From contig NC_087437.1 in assembly GCF_036321535.1 (NCBI RefSeq), positions 112,780,001 through 112,844,000 of the forward strand: 64,000 bases of DNA. Reading direction: 5' to 3'. The notes beneath the pieces were generated by a model that worked only from the letters and a program-made list of their open reading frames with translations, had not been told where the DNA came from and did not search any database. The stretch comes from Camelus dromedarius (Eukaryota). Numbering within the stretch: the stretch's first letter is position 1; the number at the start of each line of letters is the position of its first letter. Position numbers and translations under genes: made by a program. Positions 1 through 12,043 of this stretch are shown piece after piece.

Positions 1-1631
1 GGAGCGGCCTGTTACCTGTCACCAATCCTACCTCACTACCCACACCTCTAAGAGTCCAAAAGCTAGAAAAAACCCTTTCCAGCTCTGCGAAGACCTAACA
101 GTATGTTCTGGGGATGGCGGCGGTGAAAGGCTATCAGTGTTCAGTCAATCATGTGCTGAGGCTCTGAGGTTAGAGGACTCAGAATTACGTGCCACCTTCC
201 ATTTAGATGCGTACCGGGTGGTAAACACCTGTCTGCCAGGCGTGTTACACCACGGTCTCCTTCAATCTGGACAACCCTGGGAGGCCGGGAGTTATCACTC
301 CCACTACACATGTGGAGAACTGAGGCTCACAGTGGTTAAGAAACCCACCTAAGGTCCCACCAGCAAGAGAGGACTAGCGCCAATATTTGGAATCAGTCTA
401 TTTCTCAAGTCTGTTCCTTTAATCATTAATCAAGGTACACTTTTTTTTTTAAACAGTGGAAACTTATTTACCCAGGATTTTCAACATCAAAAGCACTAGG
501 ATCAATTGGTTTTAAAAAATTTTTACAAAAGCAAGCACTCTTAAAAAAAAAATCATGTCCTTGTAACCACAGAAGAATGGCTGGCATCAGTGCTTGGCCA
601 CAGGGATGGTGTGACTATACCGTCTGGCTAGGGAAGCCGCGTCTGAGCTACACTGTCGGGGAGGACCAGCGCGGCCATGCGGGGCTCGGGGGAACATCTG
701 AGCTGTGAGGCTTCTCAGCCAGGTATGTGCTTTGGGGGCACCAACTACTGAACTACAAGTGCACAAATATGTACTATGTGCTAAAAGGTCTCTTCGAAAT
801 TGTGTTCTTCTGGAAAGTCAGAAATCTCTCAAACACTAGCAGTATTAACCCAGGTGAGATCAGGTGCTGTGTACCCCAAGTAAATCTACCGTGCTCTACT
901 GACAAGTCCCAAGGCTGTCTTCCCGTACTGGCTGAACTACAGTGAGAAGAGAAGACGTATTTAAGACAGCAAGGAAATGAGCTGTGAGGAGGCAGTGCCT
1001 GAGGACCCGAGGAACGTGGACCTTTGAGAGAGGCCTGTGCTCAGATCCTAGTCCCACCTTTTGTGGGCTCAGGCATGCAACTCCATCTCCATGGGCTGCA
1101 GTTTCCTCATTGGTAAAATAAGGATAATTACACTTCTGCTTCACACAGACCTCTGATGTTAAATAAAATAATAAATTATAAAGTACTCAGCCTATGGTAG
1201 GTTCCAGTCAATGGTGGCTGTTATTACAGTCAACTTCAGCAAGTCAGCAAGATCAAAGGGCCCAGCCACCTCATCCTTTCCCATTCATGACCACAGAAGA
1301 TGAGAAACCCACTTCAGTAAACTACTTAGTATGGTATTTACAGAATAACTCAAACCTGTAGTAGACTGCAAACCAGTATTTCCCAACACATTTTGACCCA
1401 ATCTACAGTCCTTATGAATAATTGCTGGTTAAGGAAGCACTAAGAAGACACATGCTGGTCCTTCCAAAGCAGTTCACAGAAACTGGTATAAATGAAGCAA
1501 ACCCCCGAATGACAAGCCACCTTCCCAATTTCTTGATTTTAGCCTGCTTTTTTTTTTTTTTTTTTTTGGTTCTGCGAAATGTGACACATGGAATGTCAAG
1601 GCAAATGCAGCACCAACAGCTTATTACTTAC

Positions 1632-1744
1632 AGACGCAGTGGTAACCATGCAAGGTACTTCTCCGCGGTGGACGCTCATCATGGTGGAGAAGGCAGAAAT
1701 GACGCCAGGGGTGTTGCTCAAGCGACCATTCTCAGCAAGCAAGT
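1632..1744 (-). CDS. ATP5PO: OSCP coding exon 5 (gene continues off the left edge; exons 6-7 not found in window)
   Basis: ttcccag|ACTTGCTT...GCGTCT|gtaagt; 113 nt, phase-compatible with exon 4 = (N)[37 protein letters not shown], including H135 and C141. Confidence 0.98.
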
Positions 1745-2291
1745 CTGGGAAAGTAAAGATATCTCACTTATGTCAGGTTATTCATGAAATATTATATTCA
1801 CCTCAAAAGCAAACTTAGATTTGTGGCTTTAAAATACTATATTCAATGTATTTTAAGAATGTGAATGGAGAAGATCCAACTTGTTATTTAAAAAGTATAT
1901 TCAATGTTAAAAAAAAAAAAGAGAGACTGTGCTGACAAGCATTTAAATTTGTAAGGGGGTGTGTGTCACACAAATCTGGAACAGATTTCTTGATCACAGC
2001 TTGCAATCTGATTTTCATTTTTATGCCAGATTCCAATGTTGGCTACAAATTCTCAAAATTAACTAACACACTGTCTACATTCACAATACACTTTTTTTGG
2101 ATTCTGAGTGACCATAGGATTTGAAAAGCAATCCAAAGGTACCAAAGACTGCAAATGTCTTCAAGGACAGAGGCACAGCCACTGGCTACAAACCATTTTT
2201 CTCTTCTTGGTATGAATCCCACTGGTCTCCTCCATGCGTTGCAACTACTGACTATGCAATCAGACATTCCTACATCTTAATATCCTTTAGA

Positions 2292-2445
2292 CAGTGCTCC
2301 TCAAACTTCAGTGTGCAAACAAGCCACTTGGGGAGCTAGTTTAAATGCAGATTCTGATTCAGCAGGTTGGGAATCCCCGAGATTCTTGACTATCAAAGGC
2401 AGGTGATGCAATATTCCTGGTCCACGGACCACAGTTTCAGGAGCA
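2292..2445. mobile_element. MER5A-like DNA transposon fossil (ATP5PO intron 4)
   Basis: CAGTGCTCCTCAAACTT...AAATGCAGATTCTGATTCAGCAGGT...TGGTCCACGGACCACAGTT. Confidence 0.7.
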
Positions 2446-2485
2446 GAATTTTCAAAGATTTCAGTAAAAAAGCTCTAATACTTAC

Positions 2486-2615
2486 TGATCAGATTGGACG
2501 TGAGGGGAGAAAACCTCTCTTTTGCTGACATGTCATTCAGGCTTTTCACTTTAATGGAACGCTTTACATAGGGATTCATAATAGAAGCCGCCATTTTGGG
2601 TTCCTTCAAGATTTG
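2486..2615 (-). CDS. ATP5PO: OSCP coding exon 4
   Basis: ttttag|CAAATC...CTGATCA|gtaagt; 130 nt = [43 protein letters not shown] + 1 nt. Confidence 0.98.
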
Positions 2616-4951
2616 CTAAAAGTACCAAAAAATAATTTCTTAAACTCTTGAGAGCATAAATGATCCCAGCTGCCACACACATACCTTCTTAAGAATCATG
2701 CATTTCATGAATGAAATTAGCACTCTCAAAGCACATAAAGAAAAGTTTATAATCAAATAATTTTCTCTGCCTTTAAGAATGCACCACAGATGATTTTACA
2801 CAGGAAACTATTTCTCGAAAATATTTAAAAACACTTTTATGAAGTTTCTTACATTTATTTTTGCTTTTCAAGAGAGATTATAAAAAATTAAGCAGTCAGA
2901 AGATTCAGTTCACTGTATATTTTAATGTATCTACTGCGAGTAATACTGTAATCACCCCATGGTCAGAGGATGCTAGTGATGCCCACACTCCAGTGCAGAC
3001 CTAAGATGCTCTCACTGCAGAGGCCTCCTTGCCTCTTCCTCAGCATGGGGGCCTCTCCGTCTCAGGCATGGATTCTGTCCTGCCTCTCAGAGCTCAGGGG
3101 AAACCACCCAACACTGTGAGAGAACTCTTGGTGCTTCCAGAGCAGCCTCAGTCAGTCTGGTAGGAAAAATGGACAAAAAAATGCGAGTGCAGGTCCTATG
3201 AGAGAGACCACTTTGTTTCCGTGAGGTTAAAACATAAATGTCCGGTCAGTGACAAAGTGCAGCTTCTGGCACGTGGCTCCCCTGAGTGTGGGGCCAGGGT
3301 TCCAGTGAACAAATGGCTGTTTTCATTGGGTATCTTTCAGTAACGCACCTCAATCAGCCTCCTGGTCACCTTGTGAGCACCCTCTCCCAGGCTCCTGGCC
3401 AACGTCCATCTATGATCCAGGCTACTTGCCTACACTGCCATCTAATGCTAAAACTTCAAGGTGAGTGGCCCCACAGAAACAACATTTTTTCATAAAAATT
3501 GCTGGCTAATACTAACTAAAAGCATCCTGGGTTTGAATTGCCCAGTTTTTTATGTTTCATATCTGTTTCTGCTGCATCATCCAGTGGACAGTTAGTGACA
3601 TCTGTGTAGCGTCACACTTTCCTCTCAACGCCAAAAAATGGCTAATTTTCACTTATAAAGAGTCTTAAGGTAATAGCCTCCTTTTTTATGTCTCCACATC
3701 TAAACTGACTTCCAGGTTTTAATCAAACCCTGGTCTAATGTCCACAACCCAGGTCATTCTCTCCTTCATGAACACCACTGTTTAGATTTAAAATGGGTAT
3801 AAGTGGCAAGTAGCGGGCAGTAATTACCACCTCCAAAAAACTGCTCCTGCTACCCCCTCCCCTAGGTCTCTCCAACAGTAAGGCCGTTGGTTCTGTGAGG
3901 ATCATAAACAGTTGATCGGACCAACCAAGATGGGAAGCATTATCTGCAGAGATAAACTGGACGGAGGAAAGAATGCAGAGCTGACACCAATGTCTGTTAG
4001 GACAAAAGTCCCAATAAAAGTTCAAAATAAAAAATGATCAAAACATCTAAGTATTATTCTATACAACTAGCCTGTGAAGGTTTTTGCCCCTCTTCACTAT
4101 AAGATTAAAAAAAATCTTTAGAAATAAGTAAATTAAAAATGACAAGAAATTCTTAAAACTTAAAATGAAAAAGCCCACAACTTTCTCGAGAGAGAGTATA
4201 TACTAGCTGTGCCTCCCTCTTTAATGCAGAACTGACTGCTAGAGGCGGCGACCCGGAAGTGAAAGGGGAGGAAGGAGCAAAACATGGGACAAACGTGCAG
4301 GACCTTGTTAACTGGAAAATTCAGAGAAAACTGCAGAGGAGAGTCTCCTGTGTAAGTTACACTGCAGCTTTTGTTAATTCCATTCATCTATTCCTTTCAT
4401 GTTTTAAGAAAAAAAAAACCTAAAAGTAAAAATAAACTTTCCCCTGTAGCCTCCCAGTCTTTCTTTGTTGGTTCTCTATTGTCACGAAGCCCCTGCACCC
4501 CGACTAATTTTCCAGCCCAGCATGCTCTGCTCATTTCCCCCTCAGATCCTGGGAGTAAAGTAATAATTGAAACCAAGGAAGGGCTTCATAAGGAAAACAA
4601 ATTCCCAGTAAAATAAAATCATAATATTTTGTAAAGACTATTGTGGAAATATCTGGAATGTAAGCATAGATTTTTTTAAAGGTGACTTTTGAATTCTCTT
4701 TGGAAATGGCAGTATTTCTTAAGTTACCATCTTAAATTGGGTTCCTAATATTAACATCCACATATGCATCTGTTTGTACCTATCGTACAATAAGTTTGGA
4801 ATAATAGCACCCAGTATTATTACTATAAACAGGATCACGAAAAGTTTTTTCTTTTTCTCTTAGGATAAACCCCATTAGGGATGCATAGTCAAGTATCTCA
4901 GGAAAACATATACAATGAGAACAATAAGCAATGAACAGGAAAGCTGCTTAC

Positions 4952-5062
4952 TGCTACTCTCAGCAATTCCTTTTCCACTTGCTCCAGTTTATTCTGTTTA
5001 GATGCAGCAGAATAGAGAGCGGTGGCATAGCGACCTTCGATACCATGTATCTGAACAGGTGG
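4952..5062 (-). CDS. ATP5PO: OSCP coding exon 3
   Basis: tttaaag|CCACCT...GTAGCA|gtaagc; 111 nt = [37 protein letters not shown], with the OSCP/delta RYATALY signature. Confidence 0.98.
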
Positions 5063-6072
5063 CTTTAAATAAAGGCGGGGTAGGAGAGGAAGAGAAAAGA
5101 AAAATTAGGTTAGACATTATGCCATCAATAGCAAGATAAAAGATTTTAATTTAAAAAATACATCTTTTATAGCACAAAACAGTTTAAATATATCTTCAAA
5201 GAGCTACCCCAGATGACAATTCTCATACAAGTTCGGGGTGTTTCCTCGGCCAGGTCACCCAATCTTCACGCTCCCAATTCTTCATCTTAAAATGAGGGGC
5301 TTAGGAAACACGGTATCTAAAGTTCCTTTCCATTCTATCTATAATTCAATTACGTGAATTTTGAGATGAGCTTATGCTTCCTTTAAACTCAGTTAACTAT
5401 TCAGTTCCAAGTTGGAAGGCTTTAAATACTGATCAAAGGCAGTTCTGAACATGTTAAAGCCAGGAAAACAGGCGTTTATGAAATGTATACAAGCATACTT
5501 TGATACATTTCACAGTGATAGTAATACTATAAATTTCCCTTACAGAGCGTCCCCATCAATGTTCAGTTTAATGGAGCCCTTTAGCAACTTACTAAGTGCC
5601 TGATGCTTGAGTTAATTTTTACAATGAACTGTAGGCCCCTTATAACCACACTACCATCAGTGTATGACTACACGTACCTAGTGGTACTGTAAGATTGTAG
5701 TGGAAAAGCTTAGGCTTTGAATGAGAAAGATTTAGTTTCAGCCCAGTTCTAAGACCAAACCGAATAACCTTGGGCAAGTTTTCCCAAAGTTTGTTTCCTC
5801 TTTTGTAAAATGGGAAGACCAGCTACTTTCCATCACTATTATCTGGTTTTAAGAAATTCTCATACTTCAAAGGTTATGGATGGGCCTGTCACACAGCAGG
5901 CTTTCAACATTATTCAGTTCCGTAGCCCCCAACACATATCACATTTTGGGAACCACAAATCATGCAGGAAGGTTTAGGTAGTAACTGTTCAAAATCCATG
6001 CCCTAAGTGTATTGCTGTCTGAGTCAGACACATTCATCTACTTGACAACTACAAAAGAATAAGCTGACATAC

Positions 6073-6123
6073 CCTCACAAGCTTGGCAAACGGCCTGACC
6101 ACAGATGTACTGAAGCATCGCAC
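6073..6123 (-). CDS. ATP5PO: OSCP coding exon 2
   Basis: ttttaaag|GTGCGATGC...CTTGTGAGG|gtatgt; 51 nt = VRCFSTSVVRPFAKLVR, containing the mature N-terminus FAKLVR. Confidence 0.97.
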
Positions 6124-7049
6124 CTTTAAAACAAAAAGAGAAAGTAGATCAAGTGAGATTACTTGAAAGATTTCTGCATTTAAACCAATAATAAAAAATG
6201 TTAAATGTGACTTCTAAATGATTAGCTTTTTATCTTCCTTTCTATCACAACACAGATTACCTGAGAGTGAGCTGCTTTTTATAACCTAGAAGTAAATCTC
6301 CCCATTGAGAATCATTCCAGGTTGCTTGGGAAAGTGCCTTCCCACTAACTTCCTAGTTTACTAGGAACAGGCTGAGGCTAGCACACCCGTATGAGAGAGA
6401 AGACATTAAATTCGACGAAATATGTCTTTTAAAAAAATTTTAACAAGATTTTGGGCATTTATACTATCATCCTCGAGCATGATTTTAATAAAAAGTGGGA
6501 GGACTCCAGGTATGATCTGCAAGAGATGTACCTCCTTAGAATCCAAATGCTATCTGAAAATAAAAATTAATTCTTTGGTTACCGCAGAAGTATGATGTGA
6601 GAACAGGCCCCAGTTCTGAAAGATGGTATCTTGTCTATCAAGATACTCATAGTTCAAAAAGCACCTGCAAGGGCCCAGGTCACCTTCAAATAGCTGCAGC
6701 TCTGGGGTGTACTATACCGGTTGTGAGGATTAAAAGACTCTGTAACACTTAGGGAAAGTTTAAGGAAGCTGTAAGGTGTCGTGATATGTAAAGCATCGCG
6801 TTGACATGCAGTATAAACAGCACGACTTTTCCCCCCAACTTTATCTTCTGTGTGATTCTGTGAGTTTGAATCTCAGCCCTACCCCTTACTGTCTGAGGAG
6901 CCAAAGACAAGTCGTTTTGACTTCGGTCTCATTTTCTTTGTAAAAATGTGAAATGTGCTCTACAAATACCCCTTAGCATTATTGGTGACCCCTGACAGGC
7001 TTGATCACAACGACAGATTCCCTCTTCAGTGTCCCTCAAACCAGCTGCT

Positions 7050-7830
7050 TCCCGGGGCTGTGCTCGGAGGACGCTAAGGTCAGTCCTGCGCGCAGCCTCA
7101 CGCCCACTTGCCCGCCAGCGACCCGAAGGGAAAGCGAGGCCGACGGAGCTGCCCGGCGTCTCCCCGACTCGCCGGGCCGCACGACCTTGAACGGCGGCCA
7201 CGCTTCCCCAGCTGCGACCTCGAACCGTGGCGCTTAGCGTCTGGTACGGGTCACCCCCAGGAGGAATCCTCCCGCAGGCTTCCAGGACCGCGGTTCTCTC
7301 ACCTGCCGGGAGAGCCCGGATACTGCTGGGGTGGCCATCATCTCCTGGGCGGCTGTAGGTCAAACCCGAGTTGACGAGAGAGACCGGGAGCGCACGCGTA
7401 CGTCAGCGTAGCCCCTCGGTCCGCTGGGAAATGTAGGCCTAGGTGGTGAGGACGCATGCGCAGGATCTCTTTTAGGCTGGGAGTTGTAGTCCTTAGAAAT
7501 CGGTTGTCTGGGCTCGACCCACAGGACTGGGGGTGGGGCTAGTGGGCTCGTACAGCACCGGGAAATGAAATCTTTTGTTACTGATGCTTCTCATTGTGGA
7601 ATGGATTTATTGTCCCTAGTTTTAAATTTCCATTTAGTTAAGTACGGTGGCATTTGTTCCGTTTCACGTGCATCACTAGCACCACTAGCTCGTTTACCCC
7701 TTCTTTCTACCACGCCAAGCGCGGTAGTCTAAATTGCGTTGTGTGTGTATGTGTGTGTATAAATTATATATTTATATTTATACGAGACTTACAGCGCCAG
7801 CAGCGGACGCTAAGTACCCAGTAGCCGGGT
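7050..7830. promoter_or_regulatory. CpG-island promoter of ATP5PO
   Basis: Visible GC/CpG enrichment around exon 1. ZNF143/THAP11-type motifs GCTGGGAAATGTAGG (7423-7437) and GCTGGGAGTTGTAGTCC (7476-7492), NRF1-like ACGCATGCGCA (7452-7462), CRE-like TACGTCA (7399-7405). Typical of nuclear OXPHOS gene promoters. Confidence 0.9.
7303..7338 (-). CDS. ATP5PO: ATP synthase peripheral stalk subunit OSCP, coding exon 1 (mitochondrial transit peptide)
   Basis: Minus strand reads ATGGCCACCCCAGCAGTATCCGGGCTCTCCCGGCAG|gtgaga = MATPAVSGLSRQ followed by a GT donor. Matches the known OSCP N-terminus (human MAAPAVSGLSRQ). An extra in-frame ATG lies at 7339-7341. Confidence 0.96.
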
Positions 7831-9541
7831 CGTCACTGCTCCTCCATACCTCTATCCCACCTTCACCTGAATATAGCACTGATCTCTTGGTTTGTGCAAA
7901 TGTGTGAGGTTCTGGTGCTTAAATACTTGCTTTGGAGTAGAACAGAGGATTATCCGAGAATCAGACCCAAAATAGACCTGGGGTTTGAGCAAATGTGACA
8001 TTGAAACTGAGAATCCAACACTAGCTTTGGCTAGTTCGTCTGCATTCTTAAAAACAATCTATTTTCAACCTATTTTCCCCTAAATGGATCTCACTCTAAT
8101 TTTCTCTTCTGTACAGAATTGGCTGGCAGAGCACAGATTGGAGTTCCCTGGTTGCAGTAATGGGGTCCTGTGGTCAATTAAAAAGTGGTTTTCTGCTCAG
8201 ATCTATTATAGACACACAGATTAAGTAATTAATTTACCCTTTCCTAGTGCAATTTTCTCATCATTGTAATAAACTTGTTAAATTGCAGAAAAGTAGAAAA
8301 AATGTAATTGCCCTTGTCACCACCTAGAGGCAGCTGTTGTCAATATTTGGTGTGTTGTCCCATTATTTTTTCAGATAGTAGCCTGAACTGCTCAGACTTG
8401 AATCCCAGTCCTTTTGTTTTCCTTGACCCAATTATATAACTTCTCTGTGCTTCAATTTTCTTATATATAAAATAAGTATTAGAGTAGCACCTGCCTTTTA
8501 GATTGTTAGGGAAAATAAGGAAGCTATTTTTATATGTAAAGTATTTAGAACAATTGCCTGACAGACTGGCACTCAATAATATTCTTTATTTTGTGTTTGT
8601 TTTTATTATGGATATGGACTCACTATCTGAACATAATTTAGTATTTTGCCTTTTTCCTTTAAACAAGGAAAAAAGATATTAAATTATGTGTAGTTTGTAA
8701 ATGCATGCTTACAATATTAGGATATATCCAAGTTATAGAATTTTCACAAACATCATTTTACTGCTGCAGAATAATCCATCAAGTGGATATTCTGTAATTT
8801 CATTAATCAATAATTTTTGAACATAATTCAGATAGTCTCCTTTTTTTGTGAGTGCCATTTTAAACAATGCTGCATCTCTTGAGCGTCTTTAGACATAAAT
8901 TTTTTTTCTTCATACTTAGGATAACTTCAAAATAGATTTCCAGAGCTGGTACCACTTGGTGAGAAGGTATGAGCCCTTTAAAAGTCGTTGATGAATGAGG
9001 CCGTGCTGCTTTTCAAAACTTTTAACCAGTTTACCCTTTCACTAGGAGTGCATGCAAACCCTTGTTTTACTTCCCCCTGCAAACTATTTTCCGAGGCTGT
9101 TTTCAAATAAGTCTAATGGAAAGTATATTCATTACGTGACACATTTTACTGAGCACCTGTTACGTGTAGGCAGCTCTTCTATGCCCTTCTGGTGCCCTGA
9201 AGGTACAGCAGAGTACATGACAAAGGGCTTGCCTTTATAGACCTTATATTCTATGAGAAATCAAATCACAAACCCATGTCTCCTAGTGTGTAGGTGTTAT
9301 TAGATGTAATACAAGTCAAAAATTCTGAGCCAGATACTCTTGGAAAATTCTAGACTCTCTATCACGCTGATAAATAATTATAAGTAAGCTGTAAGGCTGG
9401 ACAGCAGCAGGGAGGTTCCCTCTATCTGCTTTGTGTTTACCCCATCTCACCGCAACCTTCCGCATGTTGCCGAGATAATAGTGTGTGGTTGTTTGAGTTT
9501 TTGAGTTTATCAAGTGGTTGGGCACATCTGGTTTCATTTTT

Positions 9542-9669
9542 TTTGAGGGGGTAATTAAGTTTACTTATTTACTATTAGTTTTTTCTTTAATGGAGGTACT
9601 GGGGATCAAACCCATGACCTCATGCATGCTAAGCATGCGCTCTACCACTGATCAATACCCTCCCCCCTT
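9542..9669 (-). mobile_element. tRNA-derived SINE (camelid Vic-1-like)
   Basis: Pol III A/B-box-like head on the minus strand and AT-rich tail. Perfect 13-bp TSD TGGTTTCATTTTT (9529-9541 / 9670-9682). Confidence 0.88.
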
Positions 9670-10735
9670 TGGTTTCATTTTTATTTTGAGTCTCAGGATA
9701 ACTCTTAAGATGCAGGTAGTCTGGTACTCACCTACTTTATCGGTACTGAAACTTCTTGGATCCTGCATAGGCAGCTTATCTAGGAAATGGCAGTTTTGGG
9801 TCTCAGGATGTATTTCTAGGCATGAGATTTTGATGCCAGTGGACGCTGCTTATATCTTGGTGATTTGGGCGATTGGAGAAACACAGAAGCCCTGAATGAC
9901 GCCTGATGCCTCTGCAGTCAAGCCTCCCTTAGCCTGCTCTTGGATTCCTGGGTGTCTGCTGAGATCTCAGCATAGGCGAAGCCCAGCAATGACAGGTGAG
10001 GGCCTCAAAAGTGAACTCTCAAGAGGGACCAGCTGACAACAATTTCCTAGACGTGGGGCTGTCTTAGCTTCTGCTATGCACAAATAGAGAATATGGAAAG
10101 AAAAAGAGAATTTTGTCTGATAGAAGAAATGATAAGACTTAGCACTTTACTTTTATAGTGCTTTCCTCCTGCACAAACTTAAATTGTTTTAAAAATAGTT
10201 ATCTTAACAGCTGAGGCTGATGGAGTCAAAGGGATTTGCCCAACACCACAGCCTACAGCTACAGTGGTAGCGAAACCCAGACATCAAATCTCAGCTCTTC
10301 CATTTTATGCTGACTTTCCGTTCAAAACAAATATTTCTCACTGTTTTATTTTCTCTAGAAAGGCACCATATGCTGGCATGAAAAACAGCACTGTGGTGTC
10401 ATGAGACCCTCAATTGCACGTGCTTTAAAAAAATAAAGTGATTTTCCCTTGACCCAGAAAGAACCCTTCTGGAACTGAGAAATCTGGATGAAGGTTAATG
10501 TGTAAAATGTTCACTGCACTCACTTTAAAACAGCAAAAAATTGGAAACAAATATCTGAGCATAAGAGAGTGGTTTTTAAAATGGAACGTTGTGCAGCCAT
10601 TACCATGAGATGCTCAAAAAGTGTTTAGTGACATAAAAAATATTTAATGACACTGAGGGAAAAATTAGAAGCCACATTCTGTACTTTTCTATAATGAACA
10701 TGTGTCGCTACCATAATCAGAAGAAAACAAACAAA

Positions 10736-11031
10736 GCATAAATACAAAACAGAAATAGACTCATAGACCTAGAATACAAACTTGTGGTTGCCAAGGGGGT
10801 GGAGGGTGCGAAGGGATAGATGGGATTTCAAAATTGTAGAATAGATCACCAAGATTATATTGCATAGCACAGGGAAATATACACAAGATCTTATGGTAGC
10901 TCACAGAGAAAGGAATGTGACAATGAATATATATATGTTCATGTATAACTGAAAAATTGTGCTCTACACTGGAATTTGACACAACATTGAAAAATGATTA
11001 TAAATCAATAAAAAAATGTTAAAAAAAAAAA
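10736..11031 (+). mobile_element. Young L1 3'UTR fragment (same family as 31108-33999)
   Basis: Closely similar to 33705-33990. A-tail; TSD AGAAGAAAACAAACAAA / AGAAGAAAGCAAACAAA (10719-10735 / 11032-11048). Confidence 0.9.
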
Positions 11032-12024
11032 AGAAGAAAGCAAACAAAAAGAGATGCCATGGTCCTGTTACTTGCTCTGTGTCCCGAAAATGACAGATGT
11101 ATTCACGCCCAGCTTCTAATGTGGAGGGTGATGCTTCGAGTTGACAAATTCCATGAAGGCTCAGGCTCCAAAGTTGGACCAAAGGACTTCTAAGTTTTCT
11201 CCTCAATATTAACTTTAACTAGACATTTTCTTTAGCTTTGCAGAATACATACCAAGGTTAATATCTTCAGGGCAAAGGATGTTAAGATTTTCCCTATGAA
11301 TTTTGTTACACTGAAAGGACCTGGGAAATGTTTGCATTATTCTTGTATTTATTTATCTTGGCATGAATTCCACAACAAATTCCTCTTTCTTTTAGTTCTT
11401 TTCTCCTCTGAGTTTGTTTTGAGAACTGTACGTGGATCCTTTGTTGGAGACCGGAGCCACTTGCTGCCTTGGGGACCCAGGCTGGCAGCCCTGGTTTAGA
11501 ACATCACATGTAGCTTGTCTTTTTGTTTAAATCTTAAGAATGGGAAAATGGCTTTGGAAAATAGCGCCATGGATATGGCGCTAAAGGGGGTTTTAGGCCA
11601 GTCCCACCAATCAGCAGAGGCCCCTGGGCTGGAACTGATCTGGCTTTGAACAAGAGAAAATGTTGAAGAAATTGGACTATGGGACCCCAGCTGCTGTTAC
11701 CATATGATTTTAAACTGTTTATCTTTGGGGTCTGATGCATTTGCCTCAGAGGAAAAGGGTGAATAAACATGTAAAAAATGGCTTAGGGATATTTTTGAGT
11801 CTTTGGAGAAAGCTGCATTAGGTGGGTCTACAGCACAGACCACCAGGATCTGAAGGCGACAGAGGGAGGGCCAGGTACTGTGGGAATCGGTACCCCTCCC
11901 TGAGCACTGGCACCTTCTCTCCCCTTCTCCACGCCAGCGATTGTGCCTACCCTGAAGCTTCACCTACCCGGCGCTCAAGGTCACTGCTCGCGCTCAGCCT
12001 GGTCCGGGTTTCTGAAGCATCGTC

Positions 12025-12043
12025 CTGACACTAGGGGGCGCCA
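12025..12043 (+). promoter_or_regulatory. Putative CTCF binding site
   Basis: CTGACACTAGGGGGCGCCA closely matches the CTCF core consensus (CCASYAGRKGGCRS) and sits in a small CpG-retaining patch (11930-12050). Confidence 0.65.

Noticed and set aside
1422..1818. + strand ORFs of 121 and 76 aa
   Set aside because: Antisense shadows of ATP5PO exon 5.
6929..7374. Overlapping ORFs in the CpG island
   Set aside because: GC-rich chance ORFs. The real coding part is the 36-nt exon 1.
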